NCBI GenBank assembly: GCA_045837725.1
Contig: JBEWZL010000155.1
Location: 1 to 64,000, forward strand
Direction: 5' to 3'
DNA: 64,000 nt
From: Vermamoeba vermiformis
Lineage: Eukaryota
Both the position numbers and the translations under genes were made by a program. Shown piece after piece: positions 1 through 14,500 of this stretch. Numbering within the stretch: the first letter of the stretch is position 1; each line of letters starts with the position of its first letter. The notes beneath the pieces were generated by a model, which saw only the letters and a program-made list of their open reading frames with translations, did not search any database and had not been told where the DNA came from.

Positions 1-43
1 ATTTCCTTTATTGTTGTACTCGGTTAATGATTTCTATTAAAAA

Positions 44-501
44 CTAGCTCGCTAATTGCCAACGACCATCAATTTTTTGCTCTTTAACAATCATAACCTC
101 ACCGCGAACCTTATTATCTGGACTACCGTTGTATTCGATCTTTGTATTTGTACACAACCAAGGTTGATAAGGGGAGTTGATATGAATAGGTTTCATTGCC
201 TGTGATAGGAGCTTTGTAGCATGGCTGTTTTCAGGTCTGGGATCGTCTTCATCGCCTGGATAAACTTTCACAGGCCCCGTTGAAACTTGTTGACTGTAAA
301 TCATTACGTGTCGTTCGTTTTCTGAGCTCGATTGAGACGGAATGACACAAGAGTTTAAGCTTTTAATCTTGTTATTAACTTTTTGCAGGAAAAAGTTGAC
401 CAGTTCGTATGCCATAATTTCATGTTCCTGCAACAAACTTTTAATTAAAATCATTTCTGTATCTCAATCATACTTACGGTGGTAGAACCGTCAATGTCCA
501 T
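44..501 (-). CDS. Small hypothetical protein (about 135 aa, 2 exons)
   Basis: ATG at 501 gives MDIDGSTT, then a GTAAGT donor and TTGCAG acceptor splice it in frame to EHEIMAYELVNFF... of ORF 44..454. No family recognised. Confidence 0.5.
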
Positions 502-1045
502 CAACAAAATTTTGATTTTTCTCGTCACTTCGGAGTTCAAAAAACTGATCACGTGACAACCAGTCCTCGTACTAACCGCAAGCCGACCATCACTCAGCTG
601 GAAATTTCGTTAGTATTATTCTGTTGATCTAACAGATATGAGGTTCTTAATGGCCTACTTGGGAAAGTATTCCGAGGGAAGAATGGTGTCTAACGGAGAC
701 GGATCCAATTTTCAAACCATTGTTCATATCATAGAACGATATTATCATTGCACTTTGATAACTCTCAAATGTAAGCCACATGTCGTTGTAAATCATTTTA
801 ATTGGCTGATTTTCCTATGTTTTTGATATTAGCCAAACCCTAACCCTAAAAATTTTAACGTACCATCTCGCCGTTGGGCAGCACGCGTTCAGTATTCTGT
901 TTGTAATTCCATATTCTAAGCTCATTATTTTGACGAATGACTATCTAAGAAGCACATTAATATTCGGTTAAGTCATTTAAATTTCTGAGACGGATCTGCT
1001 GCACGAGATTTTTTATCGTCGTTGAAAAGATTATTAATACTCAAT

Positions 1046-2454
1046 TTAAAGGTTTTTGCACATGAATTTTCTGCGTACCTCATCACGAGTCATAATTTGT
1101 GCTTTATGCGCCGAACTAATTAATTTTTCAACGGTGACACCTGTCAAAATATCCACAACGATCAATTTCTCGCATATTCTTCCGCCCAACATTGCCAAGT
1201 AGTTGTCGTACATGGCGAAGTATCGATCGGAGATGTATTCTTCTGCAAATCCTTGTTGAAAAACTACCACGCCAGTTTCGGCGTCAACGACAAACACTTG
1301 CGAAGGATTAATACTAAAAAATTAGTTACTTACAAACAATAAAAATGGGAAATCGAAATTTCGGCTGTCTTTTCTGAGGCAAGTGACACGCGATTAATTT
1401 ATAATCGTTGACACGTGTCATCAATTTGACACGTTGATATTAATAAAACGGTACTCACTCTGGACGTTGGCTCTCTACAAATCCAACAAAATCTGAGTCA
1501 ATGCAAAAATTGTCAATGCATCGTCGAGTAATTCCAGCAAGCATCTGAAATTTAATTGAATTTGAGTCTGTAATTGATAAATCACGCTTTCTTAACGCGT
1601 CTTCGATTCTCGCCACTGAGACTTCTGAATAGGAAGGTCCACCGTACTGCAGAGAGGGCTACAAGAAATTAATTATCATTAGCAAGAAATTTCGTTTAAA
1701 TTACCGTTTTAGCGACGTATTTATTGATAAATGTATCGCAGGTAGCCTATAAGACTTTAGAAAATTAAATAGTTTACGATCTATGTGACCTACATCCACC
1801 GGTTCTTCAGTGACCATATCAAAACAATGCAGGTAAGTGCTAGAGGTAGGATAGCCTCTTTTGGACCATTCGCACAGAAAATAGTCCTTATAAAAGGCAA
1901 AGCTTTGGACTTCAGCTCTACCATAGTCAATATTCTCCGGCTCCCGTGGGGTGTCTGTCGTAACTAATGCCTTTACGATACATCTATAATTTAATTTACG
2001 ATTAATAACTAACATACTATTGAGCTGATACTTGCTTGCTTTGCTTGATGTTTTTCCGGATCAAAACGAAATCCATCACTTTTGTCTTCCAGTCAACATC
2101 GTAATCACGCTTGTACTTATACGATGATGTTGCATAATATAGATCCTAATATTTGGATAAGATTAGCAACAACCGCTTGACATAAAATATTGCAATAATT
2201 TTCTGATATTTTTACTCTTAAGATTAAGTTGCGCGGTGCTACTTATTGCCCGCGTATAAATTGACTTAAATTAATATAATATTTTAACAGTTAATGGCTC
2301 TATTAATCCAATTGACCTTCCAAAAAATCTGATCTTCATAAACAGCACGCCAATTTTTACAGACCAAGAAGCCCACGTTTACAACTGTAACAGGAGACTT
2401 TGTCCATACTAAAATTCGTTCAATAAGTTCGAGGGCTAGTGTGCTCCAATCCAT
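1046..2454 (-). CDS. F-box protein, multi-exon, C-terminal region unassigned
   Basis: N-terminus MDWSTLALELIERILVWTKSPVTVVNVGFLVCKNWRAVYEDQIFWK fits the F-box pattern. Downstream minus-strand ORFs 1701..2015 and 1046..1297 are bounded by splice sites. Exon joins and 3' end are approximate. Confidence 0.6.
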
Positions 2455-2616
2455 TTTTAAAATGAAAGATCCGGAATTCAAAACTATTTTGTGACACACC
2501 ACTGAAATAAGCATGTTTCTTTTTCGGTATCGAATATAGCATGGTACTCATTTAATTAATGAATATTGATTTGAATAGATTATATTTACAAGAGTTTTGT
2601 GAAACGAGCTGATCTT

Positions 2617-5074
2617 TTAGAATTCTTCAATTTCTTGACCTTCGCCGCTCCATTCCTGGAAAATGTCTTTCATTAGCGACAATTCGTGCGGCAAGAAGGA
2701 TCGTCGAGGATGGAACTCGTAGTCGAGCGGGTAATTATTGAAATTTTCCAGCTTGGATGTGTAGACGTCAGCGTATCGTTGTAACAAGTACGCGAACAGT
2801 GTGGCGTTAGTAAATGTCCTAAACGCGCTACCGAAGTGCTTGTTGAACATGTCTTTCAGCTCTAATAATCAGAGTTAGACTTTTAATTTTCCGATCCGAA
2901 TAGTTTTGTGGATGGATCTGGTGATTAACGAAAAATTTGAATGTTACTACTTACGCTTTCTATGTCTTTGTACTTCAAGCTCCATATCCTTCATAACGTC
3001 CATTTCCGGATCCGCAGATAGAAGGTCAAATTTTCGTCGGAGATCTTCCAACTAATTCCAAGACCGGATCAGCTTCAATTATCGCTACAAGATATTATAT
3101 TATACTTACAGTTACTAATTTTCTCAAATGATCGATGTATTCAAAGCTATTCTGAGTAACGATTTCTTGTTCTAACTCGCGAATGATAACTCCCGTACGC
3201 CATCCACTGCTGCGACTAGGCTCTCGTGCATCACTAAAATAAATAAATGAATATTTAATATTAAGAATATAAATTATCATAGACTCAAGCTTACCCGAAT
3301 AAATGGTCTCCAAAATACGCTACAGAATCGCCTTTGGGCTTGACAATGCGGTTAAATTGCTAGATTCAAATATTAGTTTAATATAAGGTTATCTATGATT
3401 ATACGAGCTTTTTGTACTGCGTTTAATTGCCAAATAAATTTGATAAATTTTTGTAACGATTCTAAACTTGGATCTACTTACAGCCAAGCACCCTTCTACG
3501 TATACATTCGATGGTGCGAATTCATTAACTTGCTCCCACTTAATAGCTCCGTTAGTAGTATCAAACGCTCTACCGAAAAATAAAGATCAGTTTGGGATCC
3601 AGTACATGCCGCTCTATTACTAGTTATAGCTTACCTAAATGGTCTATCAGACATAAAAAAGTTCGGTTTATCTCCGTTGACGATAATAATGTCAAATAGT
3701 TGCTTCCAATCACCAATATTTTCTTGGCCGTTCAAAATGTAACTCATGCCGTAATCGACGAAATTATACGGGCTATTCGTCAATAAGAACAACTATAATA
3801 CGATATATAAATGTTAATTAACGCCAATAAATAATAATTAATTTTAATACGTACTTTTTTGCCAGCTTTTTTCAAACGGGTCAAAAATGTAGCGATGCCA
3901 GCTGCGTCATCTTTCTTCAAATATAACGGCAAATTCTTCATAATTTCATTATGCAATAATTTAGTACTATGAATCAATCCGACTGCTTTTGTGATGTCGT
4001 TGTAAACGTAACTCGGATCGAATCTGAGTTTCTTTTGAACGAAAAATTCAATGACATCCGAAATAAGACCTATAATATTAATATATTAAACTATTGTCGC
4101 ATATAGATATAGTATATTATACTCACAAGTCTCTGGCAACGCGAATCGATCGATCATAGGACGCAAGTTTCCATAATAAGTGCTATTAATCTAAAGCAAA
4201 TTATATTATAATCATCGCCATTGTTATATAGTATTAATAGCTTAATATAATATGATACTTACATGAGTACCACCATAAGCGTCAATAATTTCGGTCTGAC
4301 GAAGCGGTCTTCGACCAAAATAAACAGCACCAATTTGCATATTATTCAGAAAGTCCATCTTAATCAAATTTCCTTTTTTGGTATCGTAGAATAGACCTCT
4401 AATAGGGAATGCAGGGTCATAACTCTTTTGGAGCAGTTCAGCGGGGTACCTGGATCCAAAATATTAATCCACGAACCACAAACAATTCAAAATATTCTAT
4501 TTAAATAACCTATATATTATTTCTTACCTCATGTCATTGACTAAATAATCGCGAGCGAGGTTGTAGATGAGATTCTGCAACTCATCGGTATAATCGGCCA
4601 ATGTGTAATCGTAATCGAAACCGACGTAGGTCATTTTCGATAAACTAAATATATGTATTAATTTCTATAGGATAACGAGAATGTTAATTGTATAATAAAT
4701 GCGCGGGAATTTTGTAAATGGGAAAATAAATTTAAAAATAATTACTTGAAGGCTCTGGCAACGGGATAAACCTGATTAGCAGTGCTCTGTACGGTGGGGT
4801 TCCAGAAATATTCTTGGAAGATTTTTTTCTTGATGTCCGGTTGAGTCTTGTACAAATCTAGAATTACGCTGCTGGCTTTATTGACCAAAGCTTCGTGATT
4901 GATTTTTGGCTGATAATTTTCCTTTAATGCAGGCTTATTTTTACCAAAATTAACGTCCGGCTTGCTACCGGAACAAAGTGACCGTTGAATGGTCTTGGAT
5001 GCCGCTTGATTTCCCAATGAAATCGTCAAGCATCGCTTTGCTACCAATGATACCTTCGCAAATGCTCTAAGCAT
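2617..5074 (-). CDS. NT5DC: 5'-nucleotidase domain-containing protein (HAD-IG, NT5DC/cN-II family) with probable mitochondrial presequence
   Basis: Exon near 4600 reads [13 protein letters not shown] (HAD motif I of this family). C-terminus [11 protein letters not shown]...[13 protein letters not shown]...RRSFLPHE. N-terminus is R/K/S-rich. Confidence 0.9.
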
Positions 5075-5366
5075 CTATGGTATTCTCGTTCCGAAATAAA
5101 GTTAAATCATCTACTTCGTCGCGAGATAATTTTAATCAAAACGTTGCTTTTATTTTTAGCGAAAGTCGAAAAGCCTGTGCTCGCATATAATAGAGAATAG
5201 CCAATATGCAATGATCTTGATATTTACGCTTACGTCACTCCTGAAGTTATAATAATTGGACAGAAAACTCACAGGTGACGTGTCCAGGCAACAAGTTCGA
5301 TAAATTTGGTTTTCGTTGATTCCTCCTCCTCCTTAATACAAACGAGCACAATATAGTTACAAAATC

Positions 5367-6322
5367 ATGCTCAACCAATTGAAGGATCCGAAGTTTCAAC
5401 AGTTCATGCGCGAGCAAAAAGGCCACATCTACAACGCTGCTTGGGGCGCTGGCTTGTTGTTAACTTTAATGCAAAGCATTGGTTATGCGTCCTTTTACGG
5501 CCGTTTGTTGCTCCTCCCGATGGTAAGATCAAAAGAATAGAATTCAAGTTTTTAATTTTGCAACTTAATAACAGAATATTTTTGCATTATACTCCTATGA
5601 TATTATTATTATTTATGATAATATTGCCGTTTATTTTAATCACTTTCAATAATTTTGAAATTTTTTGTCGATCACTTCCAAAAAAACCGTTTTTAAAATA
5701 TTCTCCTTAGCTTCCTCTTATGGGCGCCAACTTCCTCAACGTTATGACGACTCCTCGATCGCGCGAATTATATCAACAGATTAAGCTTCACACTAAGACG
5801 GCGAACTTAGCTTTTGGCGTCCTTCTTATTTTGCTCATGGCCTTTGGCGACTTTGAATCCCTCCACCTCTCTATTAGCATGTTCTTGTCTATCATGTGCT
5901 TCTTCGACGTATTGAAGTACGTTACGAACAACCACATTAAGAAAGGAGAGGATGCGTTCCCGGGCAAGATCTTCGACCAAAACCCTCGTGGTTTGACTCT
6001 AGCTGGCGTAGGATTATTCTACATTATTGTCCTGCCTTTCAACGTCTATCACTCTGCGTTCTGGCGTATTCTCGAAGTCGCTCTTGGCATAGTGAATCTG
6101 TTGCCTTGCCACGATGACGTCCAAAAGATGATCTATTACGGAAATCTCGCTTGGGTCGGCCTCGTGTTATGCGCAGGCATTCTCGTAGGCCCCTCATCAA
6201 TGATGTTCCCTGGATTCATTGGCTGGTCTGTTGTTGCTGGTGGTCTTGGTGCTCTTGAACGTTTGGTACTCTCCAAGTCCCCCAAGCACCACGAAGTGAC
6301 TGGTGATAAGAAGAAATATTAA
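5367..6322 (+). CDS. Multi-pass membrane protein (2 exons), possibly ER-resident
   Basis: Exon 5367..5522, intron 5523..5710, exon 5711..6322 in frame. Several hydrophobic helices and a C-terminal KKKY di-lysine-like signal. Confidence 0.7.
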
Positions 6323-6516
6323 AGCTGTTGTTAATGTAAGCACTCTCCTATTATAAATTAGACTAGTTAAAGTAGGGTCAACACTGCTACAATTTGTACT
6401 GTTCCAAAACCATCAAAATTAATTTTAAGTGCACAAAACGCTCGAGCGTAGTTGAGTTGAAGGAGCCAAACGTGAAGTCTATTCTAATATTTATTAATAA
6501 CGTACATGAAACAAAG

Positions 6517-7737
6517 TTATTTCTGTTCCAACAGCGTCTCAAACAGATCGACAAACGCATCCTTCGGTTGTGCTCCAGATAGTGCCAATCTATTAATATA
6601 AATATATTAATATTGATGAGTTAAATTGGAAGAGACGCAAGGTGACTTTAAGACGTTCAATCAACTTACTTTTTCTTCGAGCCCGGTTTGGATCCGACAA
6701 AGAAAGGCACTCCACCAATGCCCGTCCACTTCTCAGCCTCTTCAGCGATCTCTTCTTTGTCTTTATCGCTCAATAAATACTCGCGGACCTACAGGAAAAG
6801 AAATTAGTTGCGTGGGATCTGACTTTGTACCGATTTATTTCTTATTGTTGGAAGACTTACGTTAGGCAAGCCATGTCTCTCTCCAATCTCAACTAATACG
6901 TCGATATTATTGATGTTCTTATTGTTTTCAAAGTACGAACGGAACACATCTTCGATGACCTAAAACGGAAATTCAGTTAAATTATGTTAACGTCGCGTGT
7001 AATAAATTAATTCATATTATCGCTTGCATACCTCGTCTAATTTTCCATATTTTTTCGCGTAATCGTTTAATCGATGAGAATTCAAGGTCGGCACCACAAG
7101 ATCGTAAGCGAAATTAATTCCAACTTCACGTCCTATTATAATAAATATGTTAGTTTTTTGTAGTAATGTATTTATATCACATATTTAATAATTAAAAGCG
7201 TACCTTGTGCTTGCAAATATTGAACAGCGCCTCCTTTCGTGATCCGCTCGCCATATTTCTTCGTCAAGTGTTCCATTTTATCCATGCCTTCTTCAGGAAC
7301 AGCGCCAGGTGGGTTTAAGAAGAAAGGAAGCCAATTAACTTAATCGCAAAGTTAGTCACGTGAGATCTGATCGTGATCCAATAAAATTGCTCCAAAAACA
7401 ATTATTTCAATTTAATTCGCAATAAATACCTCTAAATTCAATATCTGGATACTCTTTCATTGCTTGTTCCATTCGACGCTTGCCAACGAAGCACCTGATT
7501 TTTCAAATAATTAGTAAAATTATTTTCAATTGAATTTGCGTTGCTTTAAACTGCTTACCAAGGGCATATATTGTCTGACACAACATCAATATTAATAACT
7601 TGCTTTGTAGGTGCGCTTTCCATGTTTCTAATTTGTGCGGAGAATAAGTTAACTAAATGCTTAGATTTGCTTCGAGATGCGTTGAGACCAGGAGTTGACC
7701 GAGACAATAACAGCTGTAGCGCTCGTGTTCTGAACAT
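6517..7737 (-). CDS. DsbA/FrnE-like thioredoxin-fold oxidoreductase with probable mitochondrial presequence
   Basis: Spliced INIDVVSDNICPWCFVGKRR (CPWC active site). C-terminal GIGGVPFF and LSGAQPKDAF are typical of DsbA_FrnE. Confidence 0.9.
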
Positions 7738-8545
7738 TCGAAATAATGCGCAGAGAGTCTGTCGCGACTTTTATGGTAATAAAAAAGCTTCGCGAACAAA
7801 ACAGAAGGTTCGTTCCAGAACGGAGAAATGTTTATCAACAATACCGCCACCAATAATAGCACCGTATCCAATTGCACGTGTACGAAGTGACGGCAGTCAT
7901 TTAATAAGACGAGGCTCTCGAAAGATTGTGGATGTGCAAGATGAGGCTTCAACAGGGTTTATTTAGGATCTCTCTTCTGCGTTGCATACTAGCGATATTT
8001 TTAACGTAAAATTTGAGACGCGTATATTTGTACATTAACAGGTTAGTAAATTTTAATTAATTAAATAATTGGATCGAGCAAATGATTTGCCAAAACACTC
8101 TGACTTACCAACTAAAAATATGCACGAATTACTCGTAAATTATTTTATTATTAACGATTTAAATTAAAAGACTGAAAAAAAGAGCGGGATCCTCGGAGAT
8201 GAACGAAAGATAGCACAATCGGATAAATATGAACACAAGCCGAACAAGTCTTACGTGCAGCACAAAGGGACTTGAAAGTGAAGACTTACTGGCATCATTA
8301 ATGCCAATTGGCTTGCTATTCCAGTGATCTTCGCTTGTAAGCTTACATTACCGCGCCGAAATGCCTTGCGACTGTTGACCTTCGAAATCTCGCGTGAAAG
8401 GATTGCAGTGATTGGTCAGTTCAGACATTTCCGACGATGCTCGACATTGATTGGCTGAAACAAATAGGACTCACAATCGCCATGCAAAACTCTCTTCCTC
8501 GCACCGCTTCCTCGCATTATCGCATAGCTACTGCTAGTTAACACC

Positions 8546-11429
8546 ATGGCTGCTATTCATACTTTGAGCTTGAACGATGTCGTTGAAGATCTGCACGTTA
8601 AAGTTATTAACGTGATCAAGGATCTGCCTGACGATATCGAGTACGGTGTTGCTACTGTATGCGATTTTACAGGCTCTATTAGTCTCGTCTATGATAAGAA
8701 AATGGCCGCTAAAGTCGCTGCTGGAAGAGTTTTGAAGATCGCTGGAATGGTCACATCTACGGAAGAAGGTGTCTTGGAACTGACTGTAAGTGATTATAAC
8801 CTTGATAGCAATGCTCGTAAAATTATAGATACCCGTATGGCCGGTTCTCAGATTTTTTAAGAGGCCCTGGTCAATTGCAACTTTTGAGCCCTGGCAGATT
8901 CGACCAGGATCTTGCTGCAAAAAACCTGATTAACAACGCTTATTTAGGCTGAAAGCATTGATGGAGTCAAGAAAGGTGCCGAGGAGTTCGATACCGTAGA
9001 GCTAGAGACTCCTGCTTTCAACAATGCATCCGATGCCAAAAGGTAAAGTCTGAAAATGAATTAAAAATACCTTGCAGGCACTAACAATAATTTACAGAGT
9101 TTATGGCATTATTCCTCTTCGCCGCACTTGCGAAAGGACCAACGTAGAGTATCTCTTGGTCGGAGATGCGGATAATGTTTGGTACTTCCCTGAAGTCGAG
9201 CCTGAAGAAGGAGAGAACGAGAAACGCGCTGCATTCCGTGCTGTAGATGAGCGTAAGTACTTGTTAGACATAAAATCGATGATTTATTAACCGATCGGCA
9301 GTTGGATACCACGAAGGCAGATTCAGACTCTTGTCCAAGGTCCCGCCCTTAGTCTACTACACCTCTGAAGCCGCTGAAGAAGACGAAGAGGGTGATATCT
9401 TGACCATCCACACCCTCTACATCGGCATTGCGAACGATGAAGATCTGGATTCGGATGAAGGAGAAGAAAAACCTCTCAAGAAGGAAATCATCAAGGAAAC
9501 TTCCGATAAGAAGACGTACAAGATGATTGCCTTTGAAGAAGAGCCCGACAAGATGGAAATTCAAGTCAACGAAGAAGATCTTGGCGAAGTTGAAATGAAG
9601 GACGAAGACTTCAAGGGCATCCGCTACTTCGCTTATGGCTGGTGCAACTACGAGTTCGCTTATACCATGCTTAAAATGCCAGAGCATAAGAAACTGCTAA
9701 AGAGAGCCGCCAAGTACGTCGAAGAAGCCATTAAGTTCGGCATCCTCGGAACAGAAGCGGATGCATGGCCAGAGAAGCTTATTCCCGACACCTTGCGTAA
9801 CACTAAGCCCGCTGATGTTACCCAAAAGCTTGAAGTAGTCGAAGTAACTGAAACTAATAAGGATTTGTTGCCAGTTACAGTTTTATCAGGTAAGCGCATC
9901 CGGATTCGATTTCAAAAATTCAATTCTTATTCATACTCGTATAGGATTCTTGGGCGCTGGTAAAACTACGTTGCTTCAGAATATTCTGAATAATAGAGAA
10001 GGCTTGAAGATTGCTCTCATCATTAACGATATGTCCGAAGTTAATATTGATAGCATGCTGGTCCAAGGTGAAGCTAAATTAAGCCGAAGATCAGAGAAGC
10101 TCGTTGAGATGTCTAACGGGTGCATCTGCTGCACTCTTAGAGAAGATCTGCTCGAAGAGATCAGAAAACTCGCTGCTGAAAAGAAATTCGATTACTTAAT
10201 CGTCGAATCTTCTGGAATCTCCGAGCCCTTGCCTGTAGCCGAAACATTTACCTTTACCTTCGATAAGAACGCTGCCGAAAACTCCGCTCAGAAAGACAAA
10301 TCTGATCCGCTCGCTGGAATGAACTTGTCCGATTTCGCTCGCTTGGATACTATGGTCACTGTAGTTGACGGTAAGTCGTATTAGTCCTATCATTAATTTA
10401 TAAGAGCAATTTCTAAGAAATATAATCGAATTAGGTTTCAACTTCTGGAAAGACTTCAATTCGCAAGAGTTCCTTAAAGACAGACAGCTCGAGAGTACGC
10501 CCGAAGATGGTCGTACTATCGTCAATTTATTAACGGACCAGATCGAGTTCGCTAATATTATCGTCATTAACAAATGCGATCTGATCTCTAAAGAACAACT
10601 CGAAATGCTTACCGAGACAATTAAGCGCCTAAATACCGAAGCTCGTATCATCCACTCTACATACGGCAAGATTCCTATTAAAGAGATCGTAAATACAGGT
10701 TCGTGTACTGCATACCAAATCGCACCCAGTGATTACTAAATTAGGAAATTAGGTTTGTTTAACTTTGAGAAGGCTCAGAATGCACCGGGATGGCTCAAAG
10801 AACTTCGAGGCACTCATATTCCCGAGACACAAGAGTACGGCATTAGCAGTTTCGTTTATCGAGCTCGTAAGCCGTTCCATCCAGAACGTTTGTTCAACTT
10901 GATGGACAAGCCGGAAGAAACTGCCATGAAAAGCGTGGTGAGATCTAAAGGCTTCTTCTGGTTGGCTACACGAAACGATACTATTGGCGTGTGGCACAGT
11001 GCAGGCTCGATCTATTCGGCTGTTGGATCTGATCCGTGGTAAGTCTCAATCTTCGTTTAGTAACTTTATTAAGTACCATATTATAGGCTCGCTACTATTC
11101 CTAAGAGCGATTGGCCTCCAATGCCCGTCGACAAGTTGAAAGAAGTCAGAAAAAATTGGGACAAAAAGTACGGTGACAGATCGCAAGAAATTGTCGTTAT
11201 TGGCGTGCAAATGAACAAAGCTGAGGTACTCATGTTCATATATATAATCATCATCATATACTAACAACGCTATCAGGTCGAGGCTGTTCTGAACTCATGT
11301 TTATTGACGGATGAGGAGTTCGCTATGGGCCCTGAAAAGTGGGCGAGTGAATTCAAAGATGAATTGCCGCCTTGGGAAGAAGAATGTGAGGACGTGGAGG
11401 ACGAGACTCGTCCCATTAATGGCGTTTAA
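8546..11429 (+). CDS. COG0523 (CobW/YciC-type) G3E metallochaperone GTPase with N-terminal OB-fold-like and degenerate Nudix domains
   Basis: [16 protein letters not shown] Walker [16 protein letters not shown] (CxCC), LIVESSG Walker B, INKCD G4, and CobW_C motifs [13 protein letters not shown] and [12 protein letters not shown]. Upstream exons join in frame through introns 8786..8947, about 9042..9097 and 9253..9301. Confidence 0.85.
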
Positions 11430-11514
11430 GCTTATCAAATATCATGATAATATTTGAAATAAAAATAAAACAAATACATCTTTTGCTAATGATAGTTTAA
11501 TACATTGGCGAGCA

Positions 11515-14500
11515 CTAATTAAACGGTGTTTTACACAAAGGACATTCGTTTTTGTGCGAAGTGTTGAACCATTTGAACTAGAAAAAAAAAATGTTAGCTA
11601 TCAAGTAATGAACAAGATTAAGGCTATTAATAATGACTTACCATGCATGCAGGATGGAATTTGTTTCTGCAAGTCTTGCACTTCATCGTGGGCAATGAAT
11701 TGTTCGAGGCATGGAAGATCGAGTAACAGATCGGACAACACTCGACTCCCTCAAAGTGTTGATCCAAATACTGCTTCCATAACAATACTGCATCGAGAAT
11801 AGTGCCATCTTGGGTCATAAGAAGTGTCGTCATGGACAGCAACCATTTGCGCCACAACGCGTCTTGGATGCCGATCCGACGAACCATTTCCACAGTTATG
11901 CTTCGAATAGGATAATTGGCGGGTATTTTAAGCACGACTAGGTGACGGTTAGTGTCTATTTTTAGCATTACTAAATTAGGAAAAGTTACGTACTGCTCAA
12001 TTTAACTTCATCTTTCTCGTAGGTCGCGGTGACTTCGTTTGTCATTCGACTAGCTTTCACACCAAAATAATCACTGCTGGCTTTCGTACTGAACTCGCCA
12101 ATGAGGTCGTACTCGCTCTTCAACAGCTCAGGAGTGATGTACGTGCTCGTGTACTTGTCAACCATGGCTACGAGATTTCGATCACTCAAGTCAGTCCACC
12201 ACGTGCGCACCAGCGCCGGAAGTACTCCGATAGTTTGTCGATACAAGAACGATCCAATCTATATGCCATAATGTCAGAACAAGATATAATCTGGAGTGTC
12301 AAAGTGTCAAGTTCTAGATCTGTACCTTGCTGACATAAGTATGATAGTCTTCGTTAATATCTTCCAACAAGAGTGTCAACAGCTCCTTTGCATCAGGCAA
12401 GCCAATCTTAGCGTCCATATTCGCGAACAAGAACTTCAAGTACTCGTGAGCCACGCCTTGTCGTCGCAAGTAGGTGCCCAGATCTGACTTCTCATTGGCT
12501 GGCTTTGACTTGAAAAGTTCAAAGAACACAGCCCATGACAACATCATGCCAAGACGCATATGGAACTCCTGAAAGATAAGATTAGATCTCGGTCCCGGTA
12601 CGAGAAATTCTTTTTGACACATGTCATCGTGAAGTGTCTCCGTACCTGCACGTGATCAATCTCAGCGACAGATTGGTCGTGATAAAAGTCTGAATCTTGA
12701 ATGATCTGATTGAGCTCATCGGGCAAAATACCACGGACATCAACATTGTCAGAGAAATCTAAACCAATTTGTTACCGTTAGTTGTTGCATAATAAAATTT
12801 ACGCTTATTTAACGTACCATCGTCAGGCTTTGTATTTTGAGCGGGCTTGGCGGCTTCTTGTTTTGGACCGTACTTAATGGCTCGTTCCAACAAGACATAG
12901 CTCGTGGCTTGAACGCCAACATGAGGGAACGAAAGAAGTTTGTACAAAGGTGCCTGAAGAAAATTATAAGAAAATATTGAACAACGAAATGAGTATCGAG
13001 ATATCCCTTACCTTATTGGCGTTCATGAACACGTCGTTATGAATGACAAGTCGCATAACGGTCGTCAATTGTTTCAACAAAATGAATTGACCAATGTTGT
13101 AGTGCTCTTGTTTCACTGAACAGCAAAAATATTAGGCTCAAAAAGTAATCACTAACACGCGTTTAGAATTCCTGTAAAACTTTTTCCTAGTAGACTTACG
13201 TGTGCAAAGCTCGTTGAACAAAGACTCCATGGCCTTGTTGCTGAAACTCGTCCAAAGAGCGTCAGATTTGTTTGTGTAATTCATGTGCAAATTGAAGATC
13301 AGATTGACGGCTGCAAAGATTAATGGCCAGTCTTGCGCCACAGAGACCTTAACCTAATTAGGAAAAGTCAGTAAAAGAGCGTTGTATACAGCGGTTTTCA
13401 ACTTACACGAGACACTTGCATCAAAGTATGATTGGTAATAAACCTCCAATCGTTCTCGGTCAATTCATCGCGGAACAATGCAATCAACACGTGATCGTAG
13501 AACTTGATGGCACTCAAGGCCACGTGACTATTTTTAGGCTCGGCGATGCAGTACTTTTCGAGGGCAGATTTGATCTTGAATAGAGCCTCTTTGTGCGACT
13601 TATTCAACAAAGACTTAATGGCCAATGCGTACGACTCTTGTGCCACTGAAATTCAGAAATTAGTACACCATATTTGGTAATAAATTGGTTCGTACCGATA
13701 GCATCGATAGTGTTCACAGGCAAGCCAAAGACAAATTGACGAAGTTTTTCTGCGTTCTCAGCAGAGATCTTTTCGAAGAGCGGAGCTGAGGCTTCAAATG
13801 ACGCCAAGTTTGTTTTGTCTAAAAAATTCATGAGTACTCACACGCTGTGAATAATTTTTTTCAAAGCGGTGCTTACCTAATTTGGAAATCAAGTGTTCAT
13901 GAACGACAGAATCGGCGTTGATATGGGACTTGGCGATGTTCAACAGATTGAACAAGGCTTGACCGTTCATAGCACCATGTTGAGCACATCGCAAGTAACC
14001 AACTGTGACGAGAGTGTTCATCAGATCCACGTGACCGTTCATGAACGGCAACAACGTGGTGTCCACAAAAGATTGCAACTGTTTAGCGAATACGAGCCAT
14101 TCGGCAGCATCGAACTCATGGTCGTGCAAGTTGTTCGGATGAGCCTTGACTTCGCCTTTGCTGAGAACTGAAGCGAGTAAAAGCTCGTAGATGAGTGTCG
14201 GCCACGTGTTGAGAATCTCGTTACTTCCTAATAAGGAAATCAACTCGATAGTGAACGAGATGATTCGTCGGTATTGATTGACAGCGTTCTTATTTTGAGT
14301 CTGTTTTTGCGTCAATTCTCCGGCACTAACGTTCCATGCGAGAGTGTCAAGGTCTAATTCATGAACGACATCGGAGTGCATTCCGACGATGTTTGCTTCA
14401 GTGAAAATTACGTTCTCTAACACGAAGTGCCTGTAGTCTTGCGACAAACTTTGCACTAATTGATTGACTGCTTTGACCAAATCATGAATACTAAAAATAG

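Noticed and set aside
638-826. Plus-strand ORF with exon-like boundaries
   Set aside because: No recognisable product and no partner exons could be joined.
835-850. Telomeric repeat AAACCCTAACCCTAAA
   Set aside because: Only about 2.5 units and internal; at most a telo-box-like motif.
7490-7570. Selenocysteine in the DsbA active site (CxxU occurs in some protist homologues)
   Set aside because: The spliced sequence reads TGC CCT TG|G TGC, i.e. CPWC, with no in-frame TGA.
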